A stretch of 64,000 nucleotides of DNA from a candidate division WOR-3 bacterium (GCA_039802605.1 JBDRWW010000002.1:64001-128000), one strand, 5' to 3'; shown: positions 1 through 10,196, counted from the first letter of the stretch. Notes: a model not told the origin generated them from the sequence alone. Numbers and translations: made by a program.

Positions 1-1073
1 ATTGTCCGCGCATCGGTGTTGTAATTCGACGGGGCACAGCGGGTAGTAATGGAACCGCATATATATCCCCAACTGTTCGTATGGACCCTTGCACCCCTTG
101 TATAAGCATCGGTTAATACCGTGTTAAACCCGGAACTTCCTCCCCCAAGTGGGGCTTGCGAGATGATCCTTGACATATAGGCCAATCCCCTGTATAAAGC
201 GGAAGACGCGCTCGTGGCACTGGAATAACCGACGGCAGTTCCGGCCGTATGCGTTCCATGGCAACCCGTTCCGGGACTGCTATTACAGTTTGTCCCAGCA
301 GGTAGGGATGCCACACCGCAACCACCTCCTCCATAATTGCAAAGCGTTACGATTTTCGGTTGCCCCAATACACTGCCGGAGAAGAAACAGTGATTTCTAT
401 CAAGACCGTCGTCGTTATGCCCGAGAATCTCGCCCTCCCCGTGCAGCCCTTTATACCATACGATGGTATCGGTTGGATTGGTTGAAGATTGTATATCAAA
501 CCAGAGACCGGATTGGTGGGTTACGGCTTTTCTGTTGTTCCAGTTTATTATAGGATGTTTGAACTCAACAAAGAAAACCTCCGGTAAATTTGCAAATTTC
601 CGTATTTTATCAACATCGCCCGCGACTTCAACATACGGGTTTTGGGGGTCTATACCCCTTACTTCCAAACCTTCCTTTTGCGCTATTAGGGTTATTTTAT
701 AAATGTCGTTGGAATCTATTAAAACAAGCCTTGCGACATACTTGCCGTTTTCTGTATAGTAGCATCCGTTTTTTAACTTTTCATTTAAGAATACGGGTAA
801 TTTGTACTCCGGGGGTATTGGTACTATCCTCGCCACATATGGCCTTTTAAGCGCTTCTTTTAAGGAGAACTCCGAACCGGAAACCACAAAAGCGTATTGG
901 GGTAGATAATCGTAAAACCTTATACCAAGGCTTGATAATTCTTCTTTGTATTGGGGATATATGGGTCCTTTGAATTGCAGGATATGATAGGGATTGTCCG
1001 TTACCCTACTCTCCACATTCAACTTATGCCCATTTACCCATAAAGACGGCGAAAATAAAACTAACCACATCAT
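1..1073 (-). CDS. S8 subtilisin-family serine protease, KP-43-like (partial, runs off the left edge)
   Basis: Not in the ORF track; translated by hand. Open frame from ATG 1073: MMWLVLFSPS..., propeptide YHILQFKGPI/YDYLPQYAFVV, catalytic Asp region GLHGEGEILGHNDDGLD, His motif CHGTHTAG, and GARVHTNSWG. Confidence 0.93.
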   Translation of the reverse strand, partial: MMWLVLFSPSLWVNGHKLNVESRVTDNPYHILQFKGPIYPQYKEELSSLGIRFYDYLPQYAFVVSGSEFSLKEALKRPYVARIVPIPPEYKLPVFLNEKLKNGCYYTENGKYVARLVLIDSNDIYKITLIAQKEGLEVRGIDPQNPYVEVAGDVDKIRKFANLPEVFFVEFKHPIINWNNRKAVTHQSGLWFDIQSSTNPTDTIVWYKGLHGEGEILGHNDDGLDRNHCFFSGSVLGQPKIVTLCNYGGGGCGVASLPAGTNCNSSPGTGCHGTHTAGTAVGYSSATSASSALYRGLAYMSRIISQAPLGGGSSGFNTVLTDAYTRGARVHTNSWGYICGSITTRCAPSNYNTDART

Positions 1074-1151
1074 AACACCAGATATTGTAAAGTTGTGAGG
1101 TTTGTTATTTCAAGTCATAATGAACCTGCAAGCAACCTTAAAATCTCTAAT

Positions 1152-1850
1152 ATGAGTCTTTTTATTTCCTTTGTTTATATGAAGCACGAGGCTTGGGCAT
1201 CCTTTTCAAAGTTCTCCTATAAGTATAGGGATAAGAGTGCGGTGGCGGATATAGGGGGATATATGAGGTTGTTTAAGTGGGGTGATCACGGTTTGGCGGT
1301 TGGAGGGGATTTTGTGGTTTGGCTGGGTTATGATGTGGGTCTAATCCAGTTGGACCCAATATATGCGGATTATTATGTTTGGTTTGGTGGTTTTAAAGAG
1401 GCAAATAGCGGAACATGGTACTTATTCGTTGAACATCCCTGCTTCCACTACATAGACAGACTTGATACATTACCCCTGTACTGGAATGCTATAAGGTTAA
1501 TGTATAGGGAAAGGGATTTTGAGATTTCCGCTGCCCAGTACATACATAGCGAAAAGTATCAATTCCTTTCAAGGGGGACGGATTGGGGTACGGATTTGAA
1601 GGTTTTTAAAAGGTTAAGGAAAAACCTTGGGAAGGATATTTCAATGTTTTTGGATTGGTATTCGTTTCTGGCTTTGGGTAGAAATTACCGAAGTTTATAC
1701 GCATCCTTGGAAGTAAAGGGGGGATTGGAGTTTATAAATGAAAATGGGGATTTTACCATATCCCTGGGTTTTAGGCCCTATGAAAGGACAGGTATAATAA
1801 GGGATGCCGAGGGTGTCCCTTATATTTCTTTAAAAGTTAGAGGATTTTGA
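1152..1850 (+). CDS. Hypothetical protein, aromatic and beta-rich, possibly outer-membrane
   Basis: ORF 1095..1850; start moved to ATG 1152 because TAAAAT lies 7 nt upstream; ends in Phe. Confidence 0.6.
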   Translation: MSLFISFVYMKHEAWASFSKFSYKYRDKSAVADIGGYMRLFKWGDHGLAVGGDFVVWLGYDVGLIQLDPIYADYYVWFGGFKEANSGTWYLFVEHPCFHYIDRLDTLPLYWNAIRLMYRERDFEISAAQYIHSEKYQFLSRGTDWGTDLKVFKRLRKNLGKDISMFLDWYSFLALGRNYRSLYASLEVKGGLEFINENGDFTISLGFRPYERTGIIRDAEGVPYISLKVRGF

Positions 1851-1876
1851 CAAGAAATGGATTTCAGCCTTAAAAT
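1847..1876 (+). promoter_or_regulatory. Sigma70-type promoter, leaderless or near-leaderless
   Basis: TTGACA-N18-TAAAAT, ATG 9 nt downstream. Confidence 0.8.
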
Positions 1877-1885
1877 TCTGGGCGT

Positions 1886-3283
1886 ATGATATATTATATT
1901 TTAAGCGCTTGCGGATGTCCCACATACAATGTCAATTTAAGCAATAGGGTGGGGAGGGATTTACCGTACAACGACCTAAACTATATCTCAACCGAAAGGA
2001 GCATAAAAAATGTCGCATCCTGCAAGGGTAAGGTTCATGTCGCTTGGTTTGCAAGGGATTTTTCGGGGAATACGGCCATACTTTACCGTAGAAGCGCCGA
2101 CGGTGGAATAACTTGGGATCCCGCCGTACAACTAACAATCGGAAACTTGGACCTTGAACTTTGGGTTCAGTGCTATGGGGATACCGTGGTAGTTGCGTAT
2201 GAAAAACTTTTCTCTGACAAGGAAATATATTATAGGTATTCCACAAACGGTGGTGCAACTTGGAGTGCGGAAGCCGTTATGAGAGGGGGTTCTTATAACC
2301 AAGAGGGGCCATCTGTGTGGATAGGTGGGAATAAACTACACTTGGCATGGGCTGATAATACACCACTCCTTCTAACCCCCATATATTATATATTCTACAA
2401 CAATAGCACAAATTTGGGTTTGAGTTGGTCGTCAAATACCAGGTTGGATTTATCAGATTCACCCATAATAGTCGGAGACCCTACAAACCCAAACATATTG
2501 CACATTTGGTTTATGATATTCAATACCCTTGAAAGTAAGGCGAGATATATAAGGAGTGTTGATGGAGGCGCCACTTGGTCTTCAACATTTGACCTTTCAG
2601 GCGGTGTAGATGCCTCCGGAAGCGGATTTTGGAGAAGACCTGTAGGTTCAATTACGGCATACGGCATATATGTACATGCGGTCTTTGTTGATGATAGGTT
2701 TGGGAATAAGGAGGTTTTATATAGAAGATCAACGAATTCCGGCGCCTCTTGGTCGGGTATAATAAGATTGACAAATACACCCGGAACATCTTGGAGCCCA
2801 TTTATATTAACAAATCCTTTGGGGGAGGTTAGGCTTTATTGGGTTGATGATAGCGATGGGGATTACGAGGTTATGTGTAAGATTTCAACGGATAACGGTG
2901 CCAATTGGTCATCCGACGATAGGCTAACAAACAATTCCGCAAGGGATGTAATGGTTAGCCTTGATTACGACCCAACGAATTCAAGATGGCATATTGTATG
3001 GGCTTCAAACGAGACGGGCGATTGGGAGGTATATTACACATCCGACCCATGTCCTATGGGAAACGACGACGAATTGGGTGTTGAAGAAAAGGCGGATAAT
3101 GGGAATTTGAGGATATTAAGGGATGGAATAGTTTTCGATTCCGATGGAGAGGTTAAGGTTTTCGGTTGGTCGGGTAGAACTTACAAAAAGGTTTGGGTTT
3201 ATAAGGGTTATATGTTAAAACTACCCAAGGGGGTTTGGTTTGTGGAGTTTAAGGGGAGGATGTACAAGGTCGTCATAAATTAA
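1886..3283 (+). CDS. Asp-box/BNR repeat (sialidase-like beta-propeller) protein with a T9SS-like C-terminal domain
   Basis: Repeated S-x-D/N-x-G-x-T/S-W boxes (RSADGGITW, STNGGATW, SVDGGATW, STDNGANW); C-terminus LPKGVWFVEFKGRMYKVVIN. Confidence 0.85.
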   Translation: MIYYILSACGCPTYNVNLSNRVGRDLPYNDLNYISTERSIKNVASCKGKVHVAWFARDFSGNTAILYRRSADGGITWDPAVQLTIGNLDLELWVQCYGDTVVVAYEKLFSDKEIYYRYSTNGGATWSAEAVMRGGSYNQEGPSVWIGGNKLHLAWADNTPLLLTPIYYIFYNNSTNLGLSWSSNTRLDLSDSPIIVGDPTNPNILHIWFMIFNTLESKARYIRSVDGGATWSSTFDLSGGVDASGSGFWRRPVGSITAYGIYVHAVFVDDRFGNKEVLYRRSTNSGASWSGIIRLTNTPGTSWSPFILTNPLGEVRLYWVDDSDGDYEVMCKISTDNGANWSSDDRLTNNSARDVMVSLDYDPTNSRWHIVWASNETGDWEVYYTSDPCPMGNDDELGVEEKADNGNLRILRDGIVFDSDGEVKVFGWSGRTYKKVWVYKGYMLKLPKGVWFVEFKGRMYKVVIN

Positions 3284-3286
3284 GTA

Positions 3287-3309
3287 AAACGGGGGTATAA
3301 TACCCGTTT
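3287..3309 (+). promoter_or_regulatory. -10 promoter of nuoD
   Basis: AAACGGGGGTATAAT, 8 nt to ATG; the same 15-mer precedes rplO and the 58069 gene. Confidence 0.75.
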
Positions 3310-4437
3310 ATGAAATTAAGAACCGAAGAAGTTGTGTTGAACATGGGTCCTCAGCACCCTTCAACACATGGGGTTTTAAGGTTAATATTGCACCTTGAAG
3401 GTGAGAAAATAATAAAGGTTGAGCCGGTTATAGGCTATCTACATAGGGGGGTAGAAAAGTTATGCGAGTATAGGGGTTATGACAACATAGTTCCCATACT
3501 CGAAAGGAACGACTACTTGGCACCCTCTTTAAACGCCCTTCCATTTGTTTTGGCCGTGGAAAAAGGCGCAAATATAGAGGTTCCGAAAAGGGCACAATAT
3601 TTGAGGGTACTTTTGGCGGAAATTGAAAGGATAACATCGCACCTTGTGGCAATAGGTACATACGGTTTGGATCTGGGTGGCGCTTTTGGAGGTGGTACAA
3701 ACTTGGCAATGTTTTGCTTTAGGGATAGGGAAAAACTCTTGGATTTGAAAGAAATCCTTACGGGTTCAAGGTTTCACCCGAATTTTGTATTCATAGGTGG
3801 CGTTAGGTATGATGTTCCGGCGGGTTTCGATAAAAAGGTTAAAGAAACCGTAAAGTATTTAAGGAAATCCTTTGAGGATTACGAACCATTTTTAACAAAT
3901 CCGGTGTTTAAGGCGAGAACCCAAGGGGTAGGGGTTTTACCAAAGGATTTGGCCCTGAAACTCGGAACATCGGGACCCACTTTAAGGGGAAGCGGCGTCC
4001 CCTATGATATAAGAAAATCCGATGGTTATTCATCCTATAACGACTTTCAATTTAATGTTATAACCCTTGAAAGCGGGGATGCATTCGCGAGGGCAACCGT
4101 CAGGTACTTGGAAATGTTTGAGTCTTTAAAGATTATAGAACAGGTTATAGATGGATTGCCGGAAGGCCCCATAAGCTCCCGTATGCCCGTAAAAACCCCC
4201 GTTGGTATAAAACTCCCAGCGGATACCTGGGTGTACGCAAAGGTTGAAAGTCCGAGGGGCGAGTTGGGAGCGTTTATTTATTCCGATGGGAAGCCTCAAC
4301 CCGCAAGGGTAAAGCTCCGTTCCCCATCCTTCTCAAACCTTATGGCCATACAACACATATTGCCGGGGCATTACATTGCGGATACAATAGCCGTTTTGGG
4401 TTCCCTTGACCCCGTATTCGGGGATGTGGATAGGTAA
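3310..4437 (+). CDS. nuoD: NADH-quinone oxidoreductase subunit D
   Basis: NMGPQHPSTHGVLRL, GYLHRG, ESPRGE, C-terminal DPVFGDVDR; no NiFe CxxC motifs. Confidence 0.95.
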   Translation: MKLRTEEVVLNMGPQHPSTHGVLRLILHLEGEKIIKVEPVIGYLHRGVEKLCEYRGYDNIVPILERNDYLAPSLNALPFVLAVEKGANIEVPKRAQYLRVLLAEIERITSHLVAIGTYGLDLGGAFGGGTNLAMFCFRDREKLLDLKEILTGSRFHPNFVFIGGVRYDVPAGFDKKVKETVKYLRKSFEDYEPFLTNPVFKARTQGVGVLPKDLALKLGTSGPTLRGSGVPYDIRKSDGYSSYNDFQFNVITLESGDAFARATVRYLEMFESLKIIEQVIDGLPEGPISSRMPVKTPVGIKLPADTWVYAKVESPRGELGAFIYSDGKPQPARVKLRSPSFSNLMAIQHILPGHYIADTIAVLGSLDPVFGDVDR

Positions 4438-4439
4438 AG

Positions 4440-5789
4440 ATGGATAGGGGAACAAGATTAATACTATACTTCGTTTTTGTGTTTGTTTTTTTCTTTGTAT
4501 GGGATTACTTTGTTTTGAGACCTAAAAGGGAGGCCCTTTTAAAGGAAAGCGAAAAAACCGAAAAGGTTGAAAAAAGACATGAATCCACTCCCAAAATAGC
4601 ACACTTAAAGTTCAACGGATACGAATATTTAATAGATTCAAACACGGGGGCCATTTTCGGATTAAGGGATGAAAAACACAAGGCTAAAATCTCCGGATAC
4701 ATAGTTAAGCCCCTACGCGTTGATTCCCAAGGGGTTGAGGTTGTCAAAAACGGAGTTATAACGGATAGGTTCGAGATAGCACACCTGGGAAATTTTAGGC
4801 TAAAAGTGGTTTTAAAGGAGGAAATACCCTTTGAAATAACCACACCCCTAACGGAATACAATGGTTATAGGGGTGAAAGGAAACAACTTTTTATACAATA
4901 TTTGAACGGAAAAACTAAGAAATACGATTATAAAAATGCGAATATGGACTTCTATACGGATACCGTGAAATGGATGGGTTTGAGGTCAAGGTATTATTTG
5001 GCATCGGTATGGGATTTTAAGGGTTTTGCATCCTCTTTTAAGGATGGCGATAGGATAACCATAAGGTTGTATCCGAAAGGGGATAAGGAGTTTTACATAT
5101 TTCTTGGACCCGCGGAGAGGAATTTGCTTTCCGGAGAACCCGATATGAGGGCGGCTTTTGACCTCGGGGGTGGGTGGTCCACATTTATCGCATGGCCCAT
5201 ATACTGGGCTTTAATATGGTTTGAGGGTTTAACAAAAAATTACGGGCTTGCCATAATCCTTTTGGCAATACTTATAAAAATCCTAACATCACCCCTATCA
5301 ATAAATATTTACAAATCCTCTCAGAAAATGCAGAAGTTAAAACCAAAACTTGAAAAAATACAAAAACTCTATAAGGATGACCCAGAAAGGTTGCAATGGG
5401 AAACCATGAAACTTTACAGGGAAGCCGGCTTTAATCCCCTGAGCGGATGCTTGCCCCTACTCTTGCAACTTCCCATATTCTTTGCTTTATATCAGGTTTT
5501 GCAGAACGCAATAGAGTTAAAGGGGGCGGAGTTTCTATTATGGATAAAGGATTTAAGCCATAAGGACCCGTACTATGTTCTCCCGATAGTGATGGGGGGT
5601 ATAAGCCTATTGAACGCTTACCTTCAACCCGGTTTGGATCCGCAGGCGAAAAGGACATCAATGATTATGTCCGCCTTATTCGTGTTTATTTTCCTAAGTT
5701 TTCCCGCGGGTATAGTTCTGTATTGGTTAATATACTCCCTTTTGGGCATCGTTGAGCAGAGAATATACAAAGCATTATGGAAACTATAA
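4440..5789 (+). CDS. yidC: Membrane protein insertase YidC
   Basis: NYGLAIILL, GCLPLLLQLPIFFALY, LWIKDLS-DPYYVLP, PAGIVLYW. Confidence 0.96.
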   Translation: MDRGTRLILYFVFVFVFFFVWDYFVLRPKREALLKESEKTEKVEKRHESTPKIAHLKFNGYEYLIDSNTGAIFGLRDEKHKAKISGYIVKPLRVDSQGVEVVKNGVITDRFEIAHLGNFRLKVVLKEEIPFEITTPLTEYNGYRGERKQLFIQYLNGKTKKYDYKNANMDFYTDTVKWMGLRSRYYLASVWDFKGFASSFKDGDRITIRLYPKGDKEFYIFLGPAERNLLSGEPDMRAAFDLGGGWSTFIAWPIYWALIWFEGLTKNYGLAIILLAILIKILTSPLSINIYKSSQKMQKLKPKLEKIQKLYKDDPERLQWETMKLYREAGFNPLSGCLPLLLQLPIFFALYQVLQNAIELKGAEFLLWIKDLSHKDPYYVLPIVMGGISLLNAYLQPGLDPQAKRTSMIMSALFVFIFLSFPAGIVLYWLIYSLLGIVEQRIYKALWKL

Positions 5790-6367
5790 TCCTAAGGATA
5801 ATAATCAGTCCCTTTTTGATATTATCCTTAACATTTCACGAGTTTGCCCACGCTTGGAGTGCTTACAAACTTGGAGACCCAACCGCAAAGTATGAAGGTA
5901 GGTTATCGTTAAACCCTTTGGTGCATTTGGATTTGATAGGCCTCTTAATGGTTATCCTTGTGGGGTTTGGTTGGGCAAAACCCGTACCCGTCAACCCCTA
6001 CAACTTTAAAAATCCCCCATTGCATACATCCATAGTGGCATTCGCGGGTCCCCTTTCCAACATAATTTTAGCCTTAGTAGGTGTTATAGTTTCAAAGTTT
6101 ATAAACCCCGTAGGAATTGATACATTCGTGTGGATAAACATATATTTGGCGGTTTTTAACCTTATACCCCTTCCACCATTGGACGGTTGGAGAATCCTTC
6201 AAGGCTTATATCCGAGGTTTTACGGCGATTATTCCCTTGAAGTAAAACTTTCCTATGTATTACTCGGCATAATCTTTGTTTCCATACTAACCCCAATTGA
6301 TATAATAGGGTGGTTCCTCTATCCAATTTCATCGTTTATATACCTCCTGTTGCACTCGTTGGTATGA
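5777..6367 (+). CDS. Site-2 protease (M50 family)
   Basis: HEFAH zinc motif, GWAKPVPVNP, NLIPLPPLDG. Confidence 0.95.
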   Translation: METIILRIIISPFLILSLTFHEFAHAWSAYKLGDPTAKYEGRLSLNPLVHLDLIGLLMVILVGFGWAKPVPVNPYNFKNPPLHTSIVAFAGPLSNIILALVGVIVSKFINPVGIDTFVWINIYLAVFNLIPLPPLDGWRILQGLYPRFYGDYSLEVKLSYVLLGIIFVSILTPIDIIGWFLYPISSFIYLLLHSLV

Positions 6368-7683
6368 GGTTAAAATCGGTTTTGTCCTTTTTTGTGGGAA
6401 CATTAATAAGTAGAATCTTGGGTTTTTTCCGGGAAATGGTTTTTGCCTATGCCCTCGGTTCAACATACTACGCGGATGCGGTTGTTGTGGCGATAAGGAT
6501 ACCCACGATGTTGAGGGGGATCCTCGCGGAAGGTATTTCGCAAAACGCCTTCATACCGGTTTTTACAAGGTGGAAAGATGGAAGGCTTTTATGGGCGTTA
6601 ATATTTATAGTTTTAATCGCAACAACAATTGCGGTTTTGTTGGGTATCCTGCTTTCCCCTTACATATTAAAAATAATGGTTCCCGGTTTCGTTGAGGACC
6701 AGGAAAAGTTTTCGTTTACATTATGGGCAACGGTTATAACATTCCCCTCTTTATTCTTTATAAGCGCAGCATCCATAGAAATGGGGGTTTTAAACTCAAA
6801 GGGTAAATTTTTCTTATCATCTATATCACCGGTATTCTTCAACCTGGGAATGATAATTTTCCTCCCCTTCGCAAAAAACTATCCCATACTCGGGGCGTTT
6901 TCGTTTTTATTCGGTTGTTTTTTACAATTTCTGTTTTTATTGTTTTTTATAGGGGAAAGGTATCAAAAACCCGATTTCAAACACCCCGCCATTTCGGATT
7001 TTTTAAAAAACTGGCTATCCTTGGGTTTAAACAGCGGATTTTTACAATTGGCGACATTTGTTAATACATTTATGGCATCCTTCTTACCCACGGGTTCGCT
7101 GGCTTATCTAAATTATGCTTTTAGGTTGGTTCAATTACCCCAAGGGTTGGTGGGGGTATCCTTTGGAACGGTTTTATCAAAGGAAACATCGGAGAAGGAA
7201 GGGTTATCATTAAAAAACCTCAAAAAATCCCTTGTAATTGCCTCCGTTTTGGCGTTAATTTTTGTTTTAATTTTCGGGCTTTTCGGGGAATTTATAATAA
7301 GGGTTTTGTTCGTTAGGGGAAAATTTACGGTGGAAGATGCCCACAACACATATATGGCGGTTGTGGGTTATTTGGCAACCGTTCCTTCATTTATATATTC
7401 CTCAATATTTCTATCCCACCTTTTCGCTACTTTTAAGAGGAAGTGGGCGAATACCGGATTGGCCATATCAACGATTGTAAATATAATCTTTGCCCCAATT
7501 TTGGTAAAACTACTTGGATTTGTGGGAATTGCATTGGCGGTTTCCATATCCCAAAGTTCCGCCATAGTATACTGGTCAATTAAAACCTTGAACTTAAACC
7601 GTTTCTCGGCCCTTGTAATCCTTGCGCTTTTATTAACCCTTACCTTTTCGTTGGTTTTAATACTTTTTAACCTACCTGTTTAA
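6364..7683 (+). CDS. murJ: Lipid II flippase MurJ (MviN)
   Basis: SRILGFFRE, AEG-SQNAFIP, YAFRLVQLPQGLVG; ATG 6364 overlaps the upstream stop (ATGA). Confidence 0.93.
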   Translation: MRLKSVLSFFVGTLISRILGFFREMVFAYALGSTYYADAVVVAIRIPTMLRGILAEGISQNAFIPVFTRWKDGRLLWALIFIVLIATTIAVLLGILLSPYILKIMVPGFVEDQEKFSFTLWATVITFPSLFFISAASIEMGVLNSKGKFFLSSISPVFFNLGMIIFLPFAKNYPILGAFSFLFGCFLQFLFLLFFIGERYQKPDFKHPAISDFLKNWLSLGLNSGFLQLATFVNTFMASFLPTGSLAYLNYAFRLVQLPQGLVGVSFGTVLSKETSEKEGLSLKNLKKSLVIASVLALIFVLIFGLFGEFIIRVLFVRGKFTVEDAHNTYMAVVGYLATVPSFIYSSIFLSHLFATFKRKWANTGLAISTIVNIIFAPILVKLLGFVGIALAVSISQSSAIVYWSIKTLNLNRFSALVILALLLTLTFSLVLILFNLPV

Positions 7684-8307
7684 CATCCTTTTTGTCCTTT
7701 CCAATGCATCTTTTGCCTTATCAAATGTTGGATCCTCTTTCAAAGACATCTCAAAATACTCCGAAGCCTTTTCGTAATTCCCCTTTGAATACTCGTTTAA
7801 ACCCAGCTTATAGTAGTACTCGGCTTTTTCCCTATTGCCTCTTTTCACTTCAACGGGTCTTTCCAAAGCACCACCTTTATACACATAAAGGGTTTCCACT
7901 TTAACCACCTTTTTAACATTTACATCCCGCCATTTTAGGGAGAGGTTTGGAGAAAACAGGGGTTTAAAGTCTATAATATTAACCCCCAACTCAACGGATA
8001 CACCCAAGGGGAAATCCCTTATGATACCCTCCAAACCAATGGGTATATACAACCCGTAATCCAAATTCCCCCTTTTATACCCCAAAACCGGGCCAAAACC
8101 CGAGTAAAAGAACAGATTATCAAACATATAAAAATTGTAGGAACCCAATCCCTGGACATAAAAGTCCAAATAATCCCTTAAATGCACCCCCATTCCCGAG
8201 CGGGCCTCCAAGGAAAACCTTTCCCTATAAACCTTTAAAGAAACACCGAAAGGTTCTCCGATTAAAACACCCACTGACCATCCGGATAATGATACCAAAA
8301 GGACCAT
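7672..8307 (-). CDS. Small outer-membrane beta-barrel-like domain fused to a C-terminal TPR
   Basis: N-half has alternating hydrophobic strands (GVLIGEPFGVSLK, IPIGLE); C-half TPR (AEYYYKLGLNEYSKGNYEKA...DPTFDKA). Confidence 0.65.
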   Translation of the reverse strand: MVLLVSLSGWSVGVLIGEPFGVSLKVYRERFSLEARSGMGVHLRDYLDFYVQGLGSYNFYMFDNLFFYSGFGPVLGYKRGNLDYGLYIPIGLEGIIRDFPLGVSVELGVNIIDFKPLFSPNLSLKWRDVNVKKVVKVETLYVYKGGALERPVEVKRGNREKAEYYYKLGLNEYSKGNYEKASEYFEMSLKEDPTFDKAKDALERTKRMLNR

Positions 8308-8318
8308 AAACGGTAAGA

Positions 8319-8338
8319 ATTATAACCGCGTTTATAAT
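8319..8338. promoter_or_regulatory. Divergent -10 boxes (TPR gene and methyltransferase)
   Basis: TATAAT on - at 8319-8324 and on + at 8333-8338. Confidence 0.65.
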
Positions 8339-8345
8339 AGCGGTA

Positions 8346-9302
8346 TTGGATAAAACTTTAAATGCCCGGAAATACAGGAGCATGGAGGAAATAACCCATG
8401 AAGATTATTTGAATTTTTTAAAGGAGCATGATACGGTGGAGATTGAGAATGTTAAAATAAAACTCCAAAAAAATTGGAAAATCAAATCCTATGGACCCCC
8501 GGCGGATTATGTTCCTGAACGCACAACCGTTTGGAGTTTTCCCGATCGCGGGGATTGGGCTACTCACAAAGGAAATTATAGAGGAAATTGGTCTCCATAT
8601 ATTCCAAGGAATTTAATATTAAAATACACCCAACCTGGCGACTGGGTACTTGACCAAATGATGGGCAGTGGAACAACACTGATTGAGGCGAAACTATTGG
8701 GGAGAAATGCAATAGGAGTGGATATAAACCTTGATGCCGTAATGGTTGCGAGGAATCGGCTTGATTTTAGGTATAACCCCCTTTTTCCAGAATATAAGGA
8801 ACCTATAATAAAAACATATTTGGGTGATGCAAGAAACCTTGATAAAATCCAAAATGAAAGTATAGATCTAATTGCAACCCATCCCCCATACGCCAATATA
8901 ATATCCTATACCAAGAACAAAAAACAGAGTGATGACCTTTCGCAACTACCTTTTAGAGAATACATTAAAGAAATGAGGAAGGTGGCAGAAGAATCTTTTA
9001 GGGTATTGAAACCCGGTAAGATATGCGCCATCCTTATAGGTGATACGAGGAAGCACAAACATTATGTTCCAATATCCTTTATGGTTATGCAAATATTCTT
9101 GGAAATGGGGTTTATACTAAAAGAAGATATAATAAAGTTGCAGTGGAATATGAAAACTACGAGAGAAAGATGGAGGGCAAGAGAATACGAATTTTATCTA
9201 ATAGCCCACGAACACATTTTCGTTTTTAAAAAACCGGAAAACGAGAAGGAATACAAGAAATACAAGTTAAGCGCAAAATGGTGGGAAAATGGTAAGATTT
9301 AA
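8346..9302 (+). CDS. Amino-DNA methyltransferase (N6/N4 type) of a type II R-M pair
   Basis: Motif I DQMMGSGTT, motif IV-like IATHPPY; overlaps the endonuclease gene; TTG start supported by TATAAT 7 nt upstream. Confidence 0.88.
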   Translation: MDKTLNARKYRSMEEITHEDYLNFLKEHDTVEIENVKIKLQKNWKIKSYGPPADYVPERTTVWSFPDRGDWATHKGNYRGNWSPYIPRNLILKYTQPGDWVLDQMMGSGTTLIEAKLLGRNAIGVDINLDAVMVARNRLDFRYNPLFPEYKEPIIKTYLGDARNLDKIQNESIDLIATHPPYANIISYTKNKKQSDDLSQLPFREYIKEMRKVAEESFRVLKPGKICAILIGDTRKHKHYVPISFMVMQIFLEMGFILKEDIIKLQWNMKTTRERWRAREYEFYLIAHEHIFVFKKPENEKEYKKYKLSAKWWENGKI

Positions 9303-10158
9303 GGAGTTGGGATTTCCAACTTTTGAGGAATATAAAAAAACTTTTTTTGAAACATTGTTAAAAACAAACAAAACTTACGAATATTTTGTAGATTGGAATA
9401 AGGTAAGAAGAAATTTAAAAATTTATCTAAATGAAATCCAACTTTTGAACTCCTTAACCAAAGTAGGGTCGGAAGAAAGGGAAAATCATCTCGCAAAGTT
9501 ATTGAAAGAATATCCCAAAACAGTTGAGGTGATTCCTCTTATTATCGCCGAAAGGGTCAAGAACAAAAAGATTGACATATTTGATCCGGAAATAGAAAAT
9601 TATATAACCTTGGAATTTGAAAAAAGCAGAGTAAATGAAAGAACAATTCCCGAAATTGTAGAATTTTGTAAGAAGGCGGGAATTTTGGAATTATTTCAAA
9701 ATATAAAGGATTTATACGATTATCTCCTTGGGGTTGAAGTGGGCATGGATACCAATGCCAGAAAAAATAGAAGTGGTGAGATTTTCCAAAAAATGTGTGG
9801 AGAAAAGTTCAAACGGCTTTTGGGTAAAGGATACAAAATTGTAGAAGAAGATCGCAAATTTTCACTATTTGAAGATGAAGATAAAAATAAAAAACACGAT
9901 TTTGTAATTTACAGGGGTGAAAACCCCATCCTTGTAATTGAATGCAACTTTTATAATGTAGCAGGAAGCAAACCCATTTCTATAGCAGAAAGTTATATTG
10001 AAATGAACAGGAAAGCGAAAAATATTGGGATAAGCTTCCTATGGATTACCGATGGACCCGGATGGGAAAATATGCAAAATTCCCTTTTAATGAGTATGAA
10101 AGAAATGGACTGGATATTGAATTTCAGGATGTTGGAGTTAATAACCAAAATTTTATAA
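9289..10158 (+). CDS. Type II restriction endonuclease, DpnII/MboI family (probably GATC)
   Basis: YFVDWNKV, GVEVGMDTNARKNRSG, IECNFY-GSK, WITDG-GW family motifs. Confidence 0.9.
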   Translation: MVRFKELGFPTFEEYKKTFFETLLKTNKTYEYFVDWNKVRRNLKIYLNEIQLLNSLTKVGSEERENHLAKLLKEYPKTVEVIPLIIAERVKNKKIDIFDPEIENYITLEFEKSRVNERTIPEIVEFCKKAGILELFQNIKDLYDYLLGVEVGMDTNARKNRSGEIFQKMCGEKFKRLLGKGYKIVEEDRKFSLFEDEDKNKKHDFVIYRGENPILVIECNFYNVAGSKPISIAESYIEMNRKAKNIGISFLWITDGPGWENMQNSLLMSMKEMDWILNFRMLELITKIL

Positions 10159-10181
10159 CCCACAAGCAAATAAAACAACAG

Positions 10182-10187
10182 TATAAT
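10182..10187 (+). promoter_or_regulatory. -10 box of the rpsF operon
   Basis: TATAAT 9 nt before ATG, no SD. Confidence 0.75.
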
Positions 10188-10196
10188 ACCGGGTTT

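Noticed and set aside
113..850. Short ORFs 113-334, 170-553, 463-702 and 590-850
   Set aside because: They are shadows of the minus-strand S8 protease, which is open from 1073 to the window edge.
3287..3309. AAACGGG/CCCGTTT inverted repeat as a terminator
   Set aside because: A 7-bp stem with no proper U-tract; better explained by the promoter and spacer composition.
3310..4437. NiFe hydrogenase large subunit
   Set aside because: No N- or C-terminal CxxC motifs; the motifs are those of NuoD.
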